64,000 nt of DNA from Acidobacteriota bacterium. Its GTDB lineage: Bacteria > Acidobacteriota > UBA6911. Shown here piece by piece: positions 42,751 to 51,267 of this stretch (positions are counted from its first letter, which is position 1; every line of letters begins with the position of its first letter). The stretch covers positions 5,536,001 to 5,600,000 of the forward strand of contig OY761556.1 of NCBI GenBank assembly GCA_963664705.1, written 5' to 3'. The position numbers and the translations under genes are program-made. Below the pieces are notes generated by a model. The model had not been told where the DNA came from. It did no database searches and saw only the letters and a program-made list of their open reading frames with translations.

Positions 42751-42784
42751 GAGCAGTCATGTATTCCCGCAATGCGTGGCTGCT

Positions 42785-43591
42785 CTAAATTTCGTAAAAA
42801 TTGTTGGAATTCTCCCAGACCGCCTGCTCGACCGCTTCTGCCGGCTCGGACCGCAGAGTTTTTAGAAAATCCAGGACGTGCCGCGTAAACGCCGGTTCAT
42901 TGGTACTGAATTTATCGCGGACAGCTTGAGGTACCAGGAAGGGCGCATCCGTTTCCACCAGGATCCGGTTCAGCGGCAATCTGCGCGCTGTTTCCTGGAC
43001 GGCTGTTGATCGCGCGTACGTCAGAATGCCCGAAAACGAAAAATAGATACCATCCGACCAACCCATCAGTTTTTCAGCAAAAGCCATATTCTCACTGTAA
43101 CAATGGATGACCGCGCGCCGGATTTCGCATTCCTTGAGGAGCGCGAAGGTATCGTTGGCGGCATCCCGCGTGTGTATGATCAGCGGCAGGCTGAGCCGGA
43201 GCGATAGTTCGGCCTGCGCGGAAAAAAAGACGCGCTGGGTTTCCTTTTGTTCTTTTTCTTTGCCCCGGGTCACGTGAAAGTAATCGAATCCGGTCTCTCC
43301 AATGCCGACCATCTTGTCGCGGTTGGCCTGGATGAGAGCCTCAAACTGAGTCATCAGTTCGGCTGCGGCGCTTTGCGGCAGGTCCTGGCAGCCGGTGGGA
43401 TGAATGCCGGCAGTGCACCAGGTGTTGTCTCCCCATTCGCGTGCCAGGTCCAGGGCTATCCGGCTTTTTTCGAGTCCTACGCCGATTTGCACGGAGCGTG
43501 CTACTCCTTCGGCCAACATGTTGCGTCGTACGTCCGGAGTCCTGTTTCCGAGCCCCTTCATGTATGCGTGGCAGTGTGTATCAAATATCAT
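42785..43591 (-). CDS. tatD: TatD family hydrolase
   Basis: DTHCH, GIHP, IGETGFD, HTRDA, HCYS and ETDAP motifs. Confidence 0.92.
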   Translation of the reverse strand: MIFDTHCHAYMKGLGNRTPDVRRNMLAEGVARSVQIGVGLEKSRIALDLAREWGDNTWCTAGIHPTGCQDLPQSAAAELMTQFEALIQANRDKMVGIGETGFDYFHVTRGKEKEQKETQRVFFSAQAELSLRLSLPLIIHTRDAANDTFALLKECEIRRAVIHCYSENMAFAEKLMGWSDGIYFSFSGILTYARSTAVQETARRLPLNRILVETDAPFLVPQAVRDKFSTNEPAFTRHVLDFLKTLRSEPAEAVEQAVWENSNNFYEI

Positions 43592-43697
43592 GATTCTATG
43601 CTATCACAATACCGGGAGAGCCGTCCCGGCGTCATCGCGCCGCGGAAATGGCCGCGCTCAGTAACCGATTCACGAGGCTAACCGACAAGGACCGGTC

Positions 43698-44228
43698 ATG
43701 AGAAACATAGTGATTGCAGTTCTGATCTGTACCGTGCACCTGTTTGGACAGGTATCGGACCCCCAAAAGGGGGTAGCCGCTGATCCCTGGAAACCGCTGC
43801 AATTTCTCGTTGGCACATGGGAGGCAAAAACCGCTGGCGGTTCAGCAGGAGCGGTCAGTTCCGGAACCTATGCATTTCAAATGGAGCTGAAAAATCATGT
43901 GATGGTCCGCCGGACGTTCGGAGGCCAATGCAAGGGTCCCGCGGATTTCAACTGCGAACACAATGACGTTCTGTATACGTATATCAAAGCGCCGGGAGAG
44001 CGATGGAAGGCGATATTCTTCGATAATGAGGGACACGTCATTTACTACAATGTGTCGGTGCCGCGTCCGAACAACGTGGTTTTTTCTTCGGACGCGGTGC
44101 AACCGGGGCCTGCATACCGGTTGAGCTATGAATTAAAAGACAAGGAGTTGTCCGGGAAGTTCGAAATGCGGCTGCCAGGGCAATCCGTATTCACGTCCTA
44201 CCTGGAATGGAGCGGCGGGCGGAAATGA
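43698..44228 (+). CDS. Secreted hypothetical protein (beta-barrel/lipocalin-like)
   Basis: Signal peptide; WKPLQFLVGTW and FDNEGHVI segments. Confidence 0.7.
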   Translation: MRNIVIAVLICTVHLFGQVSDPQKGVAADPWKPLQFLVGTWEAKTAGGSAGAVSSGTYAFQMELKNHVMVRRTFGGQCKGPADFNCEHNDVLYTYIKAPGERWKAIFFDNEGHVIYYNVSVPRPNNVVFSSDAVQPGPAYRLSYELKDKELSGKFEMRLPGQSVFTSYLEWSGGRK

Positions 44229-44239
44229 ACCCGCGGGCG

Positions 44240-47161
44240 CTATAGCGGCTTCAAAAGTTCGATCAACTCTTCCCGTGTGAATATTTTGCTCAGCTCCGGA
44301 TTGTCGGCCTCGACGACGGCATTCATCAGGCGCCGCTTCCGTTCGATGATGGCTGAGATTTTTTCTTCCAGTGTCCCCTCGGTTACCAGCTTGAAGACCT
44401 GGACAGCTCGTTTCTGACCGATTCTATGGACGCGATCGGTTGCCTGGTCTTCTCTCGCGGCATTCCACCACCGATCGTAATGCAGAACCGTAGAACCGCC
44501 GACGAGATCAATGCCGATTCCGCCCGCCTTGAGGCTTCCCAGGAACACCCGGCAGTTTGCGTCCTCGTTGAAACGCCGGATGAGGTCGCCGCGATTCTGG
44601 CTGGCCCCGGTCAGGGTGACCGATTCTATCCCGAGCGTGCCGAGCAGCCGTTGCATCATTTCGATCATTCCGAGGTACTGGGTGAAGACAACGATCTTTT
44701 GCCCGGTGTCGAGCGTTTCAATAAGCAGTTCCTTGAACAGATCCCATTTGCCCGATTCATAGCTTTCGTAATTTTCAATCTGGTTCAGCGCCAGGGCCGG
44801 GTGGTCGCAGATTCGTTTGAGCAGGTTGAGCAGAGCGAAAACATGAATGTACGGCAGCTGGCGGGGATTGGACTCGAGATGCGAGAGCAGCGGCGCTCCC
44901 TTGGTGGCCAGGGCCTCTCGATAGAGCTTCACCTGCATCTCGCTCAGCGCGCAGGTTCGCAAATCCTCAATTTTTTCCGGGAGTTCTTCGAGCACGTCCT
45001 TCTTCAGCCGGCGGAGCGTGAAGGGGGAAATCATCCGCTTCAACTGAGGCAGGGCTGACGAGGCTTCGGGATTTGAATCCGTGACGGCATAGCGTGAGAT
45101 GAAGGCTTCGTCAGTTCCGAGATAGCCTGGAAGAACCATGTCCAGCAGCGATTTCAGCTCCGTCAGGGAGTTTTCGATTGGGGTCCCGGTCAAGCCGATG
45201 CGCGTCTTCGCCTGGATCAAAGAGGCTGCTTGGTATCCCTGGGTATCGCTGTTTTTCAGGTTCTGAATTTCGTCGAATATGGCCAGGGAGAAGGGAATCT
45301 CCTTGAGCCGCGATATATCGTTGCGGAGCACTCCATAGGAGGTGAGAACAACTTCCCCCTTGCGTCGCTTCTTTCCCAAATCCCGCTTGTCTCCGTGGTA
45401 GGCGATGGGAGACAGGCCGGGGGCGTGGTCGCGCAGCTTGTTGCGCCAGTGACTGATCACTGTGGTGGGGCATACGACGAGAAACGGTTCCGTTGTCTTT
45501 TGAGTTTCCTTGAGCCAGGCCATCAAAGCCATGGCCTGGTGAGTCTTGCCCAATCCCATGTCATCACAGAGCAGGCCGCCGAGTTCATTCTCTGTAAGGA
45601 AACGGAGCCAGTCCACTCCTTTGACCTGGTAGGGGCGTAGTTGCGTGGCAAGTCCTTTTGTGGTCTCCCACGGTTTTGAAGGGGAGAGTGCCAGCAGGCG
45701 ATTGAGGATTTGGGACTGCTGTTCCTCTCCGGTGACCTGGACCGGTTTGGCGCAGGTGCTGAAAATGCGCAGGAGATTGGCCGCCGAGACGGCGACTCCC
45801 TTGTTGCCGTTGGCTTGTTTTCCCGACATCTGGTTTTCAATGCTCTCCAGCGGCTTCAGCGCGTCGCAGTACAGATCGATCCAGCCATTTCCGGTCTCGA
45901 GGTATGTTTTCCCTTCCTGCCGCGCTTTCAGAATTTCCGCGAGGCTGATGGTGCTGTCGCCGAAGCGGTAACGGACGGAGAGCCAGAACCAGCTTCGCTG
46001 GAGGGCCTCCATCGATATCTCCATCCGGTCGAAATCCCGGAAGACCGACAGCTCGCGCAGCGGGGCATCGAGGACGACGCTGCCGGCTGCGATCTGCTGC
46101 ATATTTTCATCCAGGAACGATGGCAGCTGGCTCTTTTTGAGGTGCATTGAAACCGGGCTTGCGAATTTTCGGGTTGCGTCGGCACGCTCCAGTTCCGCGA
46201 GCAGGTTCATTTCCTTGATATAGACAAGATCACCATAACGGAATTTGGCAAAGTCTTCGCGTTCGTAAAAACTGGCCTCGCCGGAGGCCTGCAGCGCCTG
46301 GATCATCGGGCGGACTTCCAGGTCGAGTTGTGTTGTCTGGGTCACGCGAAAGATGGATTTCAGCGGCACCGGGTGGATGGCCATGCCGGGCTGATCCGGA
46401 AATTCTGCGGCGAGAAAACTGAGAATCCTGCGCACGCGCATCCGTGGGATGGAAATTTCGATCACGGGTCCGGGTGCATTTTGAGGGATTCCGGCGAGCA
46501 GGAAATCACCGGAATCCGGATCGATGGTCGGGCGGAAAGACCATGTCTGCCCGTATTCCCGGAACGCATGATACGCGAGGCGTCCCCAGAAGCTTTGTTC
46601 GGCAGCCTGCCGACGCGTGAGCATTCCGACCTTGTTCATCGCCTGTTCTTCTTCGGTGCTCTGGAAGGAGGCGAGCCGCTGAATCAGTTCCTCGCGCGAG
46701 GGCGAGTCCGGCTTCCTTGGGATTTTACCGATGCGCTCGATAAAGCGAAGCGATGCGGGCGATGGATCCAGGAGCCGGGCCAGCACCGCGTTGCTGGTGC
46801 GCGTGAATATATAAATGATGCCGGCGGGTCCCTGGGTTTCCGCGACCTGGATTTTGTCGCAAAGAACCGGATCCCCTTCGCTGAGGAGGGCAGTGAGGCG
46901 AGACCATATGAACTTTGAGAGAATCTCGGCCGGGCTCTGGTCGCTGTTGAGCGATTTGAGCCTGGCTGTGAGTTCAATCAGCAGGGAAAAATGCTTGCAG
47001 CTTTTTACTTTTCGACTTTCCCGGCAGTTGCAATAGCCGGTCATTACATTGCCGCCGGCGGTGCGGGGGAAACAGATGGGCGCGCCCGGATCCTGGTCCC
47101 GGAGGTCGGCGAGCAGGCCGTAGCCGTCTCGGAAAAATTCCATGTTCTGAAAGTCAGTCAT
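44240..47161 (-). CDS. SNF2 family helicase with N-terminal SWIM-like Zn finger
   Basis: CNC...CKH; DDMGLGKT, DEIQ, TGTPIEN and QATDRVHRIGQ motifs. Confidence 0.93.
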   Translation of the reverse strand: MTDFQNMEFFRDGYGLLADLRDQDPGAPICFPRTAGGNVMTGYCNCRESRKVKSCKHFSLLIELTARLKSLNSDQSPAEILSKFIWSRLTALLSEGDPVLCDKIQVAETQGPAGIIYIFTRTSNAVLARLLDPSPASLRFIERIGKIPRKPDSPSREELIQRLASFQSTEEEQAMNKVGMLTRRQAAEQSFWGRLAYHAFREYGQTWSFRPTIDPDSGDFLLAGIPQNAPGPVIEISIPRMRVRRILSFLAAEFPDQPGMAIHPVPLKSIFRVTQTTQLDLEVRPMIQALQASGEASFYEREDFAKFRYGDLVYIKEMNLLAELERADATRKFASPVSMHLKKSQLPSFLDENMQQIAAGSVVLDAPLRELSVFRDFDRMEISMEALQRSWFWLSVRYRFGDSTISLAEILKARQEGKTYLETGNGWIDLYCDALKPLESIENQMSGKQANGNKGVAVSAANLLRIFSTCAKPVQVTGEEQQSQILNRLLALSPSKPWETTKGLATQLRPYQVKGVDWLRFLTENELGGLLCDDMGLGKTHQAMALMAWLKETQKTTEPFLVVCPTTVISHWRNKLRDHAPGLSPIAYHGDKRDLGKKRRKGEVVLTSYGVLRNDISRLKEIPFSLAIFDEIQNLKNSDTQGYQAASLIQAKTRIGLTGTPIENSLTELKSLLDMVLPGYLGTDEAFISRYAVTDSNPEASSALPQLKRMISPFTLRRLKKDVLEELPEKIEDLRTCALSEMQVKLYREALATKGAPLLSHLESNPRQLPYIHVFALLNLLKRICDHPALALNQIENYESYESGKWDLFKELLIETLDTGQKIVVFTQYLGMIEMMQRLLGTLGIESVTLTGASQNRGDLIRRFNEDANCRVFLGSLKAGGIGIDLVGGSTVLHYDRWWNAAREDQATDRVHRIGQKRAVQVFKLVTEGTLEEKISAIIERKRRLMNAVVEADNPELSKIFTREELIELLKPL

Positions 47162-47267
47162 GCGGAGCTGAAGGATAGTATTGATCCGCCAGCGTATCCA
47201 GCAATTTCAAAAATTTTCCTGAAGAAAAGCAAAAAGGATCAAAATTGAGGGAAAGGATCCCGCTATA

Positions 47268-48164
47268 GTGTTTGCTATGACTGAGATGAACTATCTGCAA
47301 AACATACTTCGCGCGGTGGATTTCATGGAGCGGAACCTGAACGCTCCCGTGTCGGTTGCGGCGATTGCGTCAGCGGGTGCGTATTCCACTTTTCATTTTC
47401 TTCGACTCTTCAAGATTCTGACCGGAGAAACGCCGGGGAGTTATTTGCGAAGGCGGAGACTGGCCGAGGCGGCAAATGAGCTTGTGCGCAGCCGCAGGCG
47501 GATCATCGAGATAGCGCTGGAATATCAGTTCGGGTCGCAGGAAGCCTTTAGCAGAGCGTTCCGGGAATGTTTTGGATTGACGCCGCTGGCATTTAGGCGG
47601 CGAGGGGGGCTGCATTCTCTGGAGGCCGCGCGGCGGATTGACGCGGCGGCTCTCATTCACTATCAGGAGGGAGTGACAATGGAACCGAGGATGGAGACGA
47701 AGGGGCCGGTGAATCTGGTCGGGTTGGTCTATTATGGGGACAACAAAAACTGGGAAATACCGAAGCTATGGGAAGAGTTCATCCCGTCGATGGGGAAGAT
47801 CCCGAATGCGCTGCCGGGTGGTGAGGCATATGGCGTCTGTTTTTATTCCGGGAATTTTTCAAAGACGGGTCTGTTTTACTACCTGGCGGCGCTGCCGGTT
47901 CTGAGCCTGGAGAATATTCCGATGGAGATGGTGGGGAAGACGCTCCCGGCTTCCGATTATGCGGTTTTCACGCACAGTGGCGCGCTGGTGGGGGAATCGA
48001 AGACGATTCGGGATACGTACGGGTATGCGTACGGCACCTGGCTGCCGCGGTCGGGCTTCGAGAATCCGTTTGGGTTTGATTTTGAATTTTATGGCGAGCG
48101 GTTCCACGGGAATCAGGATCCGAACTCGGAGATCGAGGTCTGGATTCCGATCCAAAAGAAATAG
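47268..48164 (+). CDS. AraC family regulator with C-terminal GyrI-like effector domain
   Basis: SQEAFSRAF...GLTP HTH signature; GyrI-like YAVFTHSG...WLP...EVWIPI. Confidence 0.92.
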   Translation: MFAMTEMNYLQNILRAVDFMERNLNAPVSVAAIASAGAYSTFHFLRLFKILTGETPGSYLRRRRLAEAANELVRSRRRIIEIALEYQFGSQEAFSRAFRECFGLTPLAFRRRGGLHSLEAARRIDAAALIHYQEGVTMEPRMETKGPVNLVGLVYYGDNKNWEIPKLWEEFIPSMGKIPNALPGGEAYGVCFYSGNFSKTGLFYYLAALPVLSLENIPMEMVGKTLPASDYAVFTHSGALVGESKTIRDTYGYAYGTWLPRSGFENPFGFDFEFYGERFHGNQDPNSEIEVWIPIQKK

Positions 48165-48185
48165 GGGCCGTGGGATAAAGCTGTC

Positions 48186-48214
48186 TTGACTAGAAGGACG
48201 GGGCCGTGTAGAGT
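48186..48214 (+). promoter_or_regulatory. sigma70 promoter of tRNA-Ala
   Basis: TTGACT-17 bp-TAGAGT ending 11 bp before the tRNA. Confidence 0.7.
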
Positions 48215-48225
48215 TAACGGCCTGT

Positions 48226-48301
48226 GGGGCTGTAGCTCAGCTGGGAGAGTGCCTGACTGGCAGTCAGGAGGTCACGAGTTCGATCCTCGTCAGCTCCACC
48301 A
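48226..48301 (+). tRNA. tRNA-Ala(GGC)
   Basis: GGGGCTGTAGCTCAGCTGGGAGAG..., anticodon arm CCTGA-CTGGCAG-TCAGG, TTCGA loop, G3:U70 pair, encoded CCA; 76 nt. Confidence 0.97.
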
Positions 48302-48345
48302 ATAAAATCAATAACTTACAGCCGCAACAAAAATCTCAAAATCAA

Positions 48346-48875
48346 AAAAGGTAACACAAAGGTAACAACCGCAAAAAATTTTTCATTCAATCTCTTTGCC
48401 TTATTTGGCGAAAAAGCATTCGTTACGACAAATCCCAACCAGTTCTGGTCCAAAATCGGGATCATGAGGGCTAACTTCTTCAGAAAATTTGCCTGAAGGT
48501 TGTGAAGACCGCTCCTTGTGGATTGTCGTCTACGAGTCAAAAGGTCGCAAGTTCGAGTCTTGCCGGGCGCACTTGAAAACAAAAGACTTGCGGATTCCAT
48601 CCCAAAGCAAAAACCCAAAAAGGTAACATAAAGGTAACAGCCGAAGACAAAATGTAACGGACGTTGCCCTCTATTGCCGCGGGACTGCGCCGTATAATTC
48701 GTTTTCATCGCGCTCTAGTCGCCATCTGCTTACCAGGACCACATCGTGCAGTGATTACAATGGAGTGTTGTTTATCGGAATGCTGAAACCTTCGGATTTA
48801 AGTTCCGTCGTAGCTTGCCTATCGGAATTATTCCAAAGATATAACTCCTAAAAGGTAGCATAAAGGTAACGGCCG
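48346..48875. repeat. Three copies of tandem AAAGGTAAC-N-AAAGGTAAC (integrase arm-site-like)
   Basis: aaaaGGTAACacaaaGGTAACaaccg (GG at 48350), aaaaGGTAACataaaGGTAACagccg (48622), aaaaGGTAGCataaaGGTAACggccg (48854). Confidence 0.75.
48530..48572 (+). pseudogene. 3' half of a tRNA-Arg(ACG) (att remnant)
   Basis: CTACGAG-TCAAA-AGGTC-GCAAG-TTCGAGT-CTTGC-CGGGCGC-AC gives the anticodon loop, variable loop, a perfect T arm and the 3' acceptor strand; no 5' half. Confidence 0.75.
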
Positions 48876-49157
48876 AAAGCAGGAGAAGAAATGGCCCAGA
48901 AACACAGGACTTAAAAGTCAGGGAGGCAAGTTTTCCCAACCCGTTCAGGCGACCGAAGAACATCAATTATCTCTCGCCCGCTCTATCGCTTATCGTCCAA
49001 ACTGATACAAAAGAAACAAGCTCCTGATTGCTCCTTTGCATCTGTTTGAGCGAAAAAGGGGCAACAACGGGGCAACGAGTACCTTATAGGATATTGCATT
49101 AGGTTGAGAAACTTTGCGAGACGGCTATTTGGGGAAACTGACGGATCTTTTTAATGC

Positions 49158-49194
49158 GCCGGGAGCGACCTCGCGTTAGGAGAGCGCTCCCGGC
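49158..49194. terminator. GC-rich hairpin downstream of the deaminase operon
   Basis: GCCGGGAGCG...CGCTCCCGGC stem. Confidence 0.55.
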
Positions 49195-49217
49195 CACTTT
49201 TTCTGGCGATGGGGGGG

Positions 49218-49373
49218 TCAATCTGATCGAGGTTCCTGTATAGTGGTAGCAGGCCTCTCGTCCTCATCTGATGAGAACCTATTCGTCTCCTCATTTGAGG
49301 TTTTTTTCCAATCGGGCAGTTCATCAAATTCCCGATTGACTGTCTCGATCACCTCTTTTAACCATTCCGCCAT
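49218..49373 (-). CDS. Small acidic protein (51 aa) directly downstream of the dCTP deaminase
   Basis: MAEWLKEVIETVNREFDELPDWKK...; SD GAGGA; ATG 10 bp after the deaminase stop. Confidence 0.55.
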   Translation of the reverse strand: MAEWLKEVIETVNREFDELPDWKKTSNEETNRFSSDEDERPATTIQEPRSD

Positions 49374-49383
49374 GATATCCTCT

Positions 49384-50958
49384 CTATTCAATAATGCCAC
49401 ATTCGTTGATACGTTCGCTAAGAATCCTAAGCTCTCTGAGTTCTTTTTCAAGGTACACGGCAGGATCTTCATAATAGCGAAGCTTGGCGTCCTTGGGAGA
49501 AAATGGCAGCACTGATCCGTCCTCCTTTTTACGCCTGCTCATTGTGAAAAGATTCATATATTGCCGGGGCGCAATGCCGACGAACGGCTCGAATGCAATC
49601 TGAGTGTTATTATGACGCTCCCCGTCAACAGCTATCGAATCCGGATACAATTCCGCTGTCAGGCTCTTGGCGTATGGCTCAACATAAACAACTCTGCCGA
49701 TTCCTGCTGCTACGATGTGACGGGCACACAAATGACAAGGGAACGTAGTCACATACATGGTACAACCTTCGACGGGCACACCTCTTCGCGCCGCATTTGT
49801 GAGCGCCGCCATCTCGGCGTGAACGGCTCGGCCATATTCAATCACGTTGCGTATTTTGCAATCCTTTGGCAGTACCGGTTTATCAGGGTCGAGGGCTTGC
49901 CTGACTAATTCCCTGATGTCGAGATCGGTTTGGGCTGGAGCGAGCCACTTAGCGCCCTTCAGAAGAGAAAGGGTCTCAGCGATCAGATTTCGTTTCTGTT
50001 CTTCGCTGGCGTCAACCCCCTGCTGAAAATCCCTTTTGTCGGGCTCGTCACCTGTCCAATAGAGGCCACCCCCGGCTTTGGGTACTTCGTTACAGCCCAC
50101 AGCAACAATGTCCCCTGCCTCTGTCGCGATCGCGGCTCCAACCTGCCGACCCAACTCGGCGGATCGTAGTGCTGCGGCCTGGGCATGAAACATTGCGTAT
50201 TCGGCTTTTCTTGGAGTGTTAAATGTATTGCCGAAAAGCAAATCCATAAAGCGCTGGATCGAGGGACCGAGGTTTTGCTGATCGCTCATATCGACAAAAA
50301 GGTCGGCTCTATGGAACGTGTCACGCGTGTTCTGGCCGTAGGCAGTCCCCACTTCCTCCTGATCGCGCAACATCAGTTCATCTGCTTTCGGCAAAAACTT
50401 CTCGAATGGAAATTCGGTCCGCGATTCTGCGATCCGCTTTGCAAGATGAACCCGCCGGTCCTTTGATGGCGAATATGCCGCCACTAGGTAGAAAGATGCC
50501 CCGTATATCTGCCTGAGTGCGTGCACCTCCGCTGGGTTTTTCAAGGAACGAAGGATGTGACCGCGTCGATAGACCTTCCCAGCGGCAGATTTGCCGTATT
50601 CTGCCCGCTCGTTCTTGATTTTCGCCACTCCAAGGAGAGCGACAGCTTGGTTCAGTTTCGTCCGTAGCCGAAAATCGTCGCCAGCTTCCATGTGAGTTTC
50701 TGTGTACTCGTCGAGAAATTTCGTAGGGAGGGAGTTGTACGGCTTCAAGGCGTGAAGCAGTGCGGCAAGTCGTTGTCTCGATGAGTCATATTCAAACGTA
50801 AGGAGAGCATTCTCTATTGCGCCCGACAGGCGGTCCAATTCGGTCCCGACCGCACCGACTAATCCGATGACGAGCTCCGATGCTGGTTCCGCCTTTGATG
50901 GATTGCTTTTTTGCACCTCGGGCATATTCGCCGGACTTTCTGCGTTTTCCGATGTCAT
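49384..50958 (-). CDS. Anti-phage dCTP deaminase (P-loop kinase-like + deaminase; AvcD/Dcd-like)
   Basis: N-terminal ELVIGLVGAVGT, RSLKNPAEV..LRQIYG, then RQVGA, GCNEVPKAGGGLYW, VHAEM and FPCHLCARH zinc motifs. Confidence 0.92.
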   Translation of the reverse strand: MTSENAESPANMPEVQKSNPSKAEPASELVIGLVGAVGTELDRLSGAIENALLTFEYDSSRQRLAALLHALKPYNSLPTKFLDEYTETHMEAGDDFRLRTKLNQAVALLGVAKIKNERAEYGKSAAGKVYRRGHILRSLKNPAEVHALRQIYGASFYLVAAYSPSKDRRVHLAKRIAESRTEFPFEKFLPKADELMLRDQEEVGTAYGQNTRDTFHRADLFVDMSDQQNLGPSIQRFMDLLFGNTFNTPRKAEYAMFHAQAAALRSAELGRQVGAAIATEAGDIVAVGCNEVPKAGGGLYWTGDEPDKRDFQQGVDASEEQKRNLIAETLSLLKGAKWLAPAQTDLDIRELVRQALDPDKPVLPKDCKIRNVIEYGRAVHAEMAALTNAARRGVPVEGCTMYVTTFPCHLCARHIVAAGIGRVVYVEPYAKSLTAELYPDSIAVDGERHNNTQIAFEPFVGIAPRQYMNLFTMSRRKKEDGSVLPFSPKDAKLRYYEDPAVYLEKELRELRILSERINECGIIE

Positions 50959-51063
50959 TGGTTCGGCCGAATTGTAAACCTAAATCGCTGCGCTGAAATG
51001 GAAATTTATGAAAAAATCACTTCGGCGATTCTCGGACAACAAACGGCGCCCTTGTTGGTGATG

Positions 51064-51230
51064 AGGGAAAAAGAGATGGTGGCTTCTGCTCTTCATCACT
51101 GGATCGACCTGGACAGCCCGTATCCGATGAACGTCACCTTCGGCAAATCGGGCTGTCTAGGCCGCATCCTGAACGGACCTTCGGTCTTCCAGCCGTCTTT
51201 TTTAAGATCCCTCAGCGCTTCTTTTTCCCT
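51064..51230. ncRNA. Candidate structured RNA upstream of the dCTP deaminase
   Basis: An outer stem AGGGAAAAAGA/TCTTTTTCCCT encloses a 13-bp stem CCTGGACAGCCCG/CGGGCTGTCTAGG and a small GACC-TTC-GGTC hairpin. Confidence 0.45.
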
Positions 51231-51267
51231 GCAAGTGGAGATAGTTAGGTTAACGACTAGCGTAGAT

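Noticed and set aside
42785-47161. TatD and SNF2 as a defence system (Qat, DISARM, Zorya)
   Set aside because: They lie outside the island, no partner genes are present, and both resemble ordinary chromosomal families.
48316-48966. ORFs 48316-48708 and 48772-48966 as integrase remnants
   Set aside because: No recombinase motifs; they span att-like repeats and the tRNA fragment.
51064-51230. Retron msr-msd
   Set aside because: Flanking inverted repeats and a long hairpin are present, but there is no reverse transcriptase in the window.
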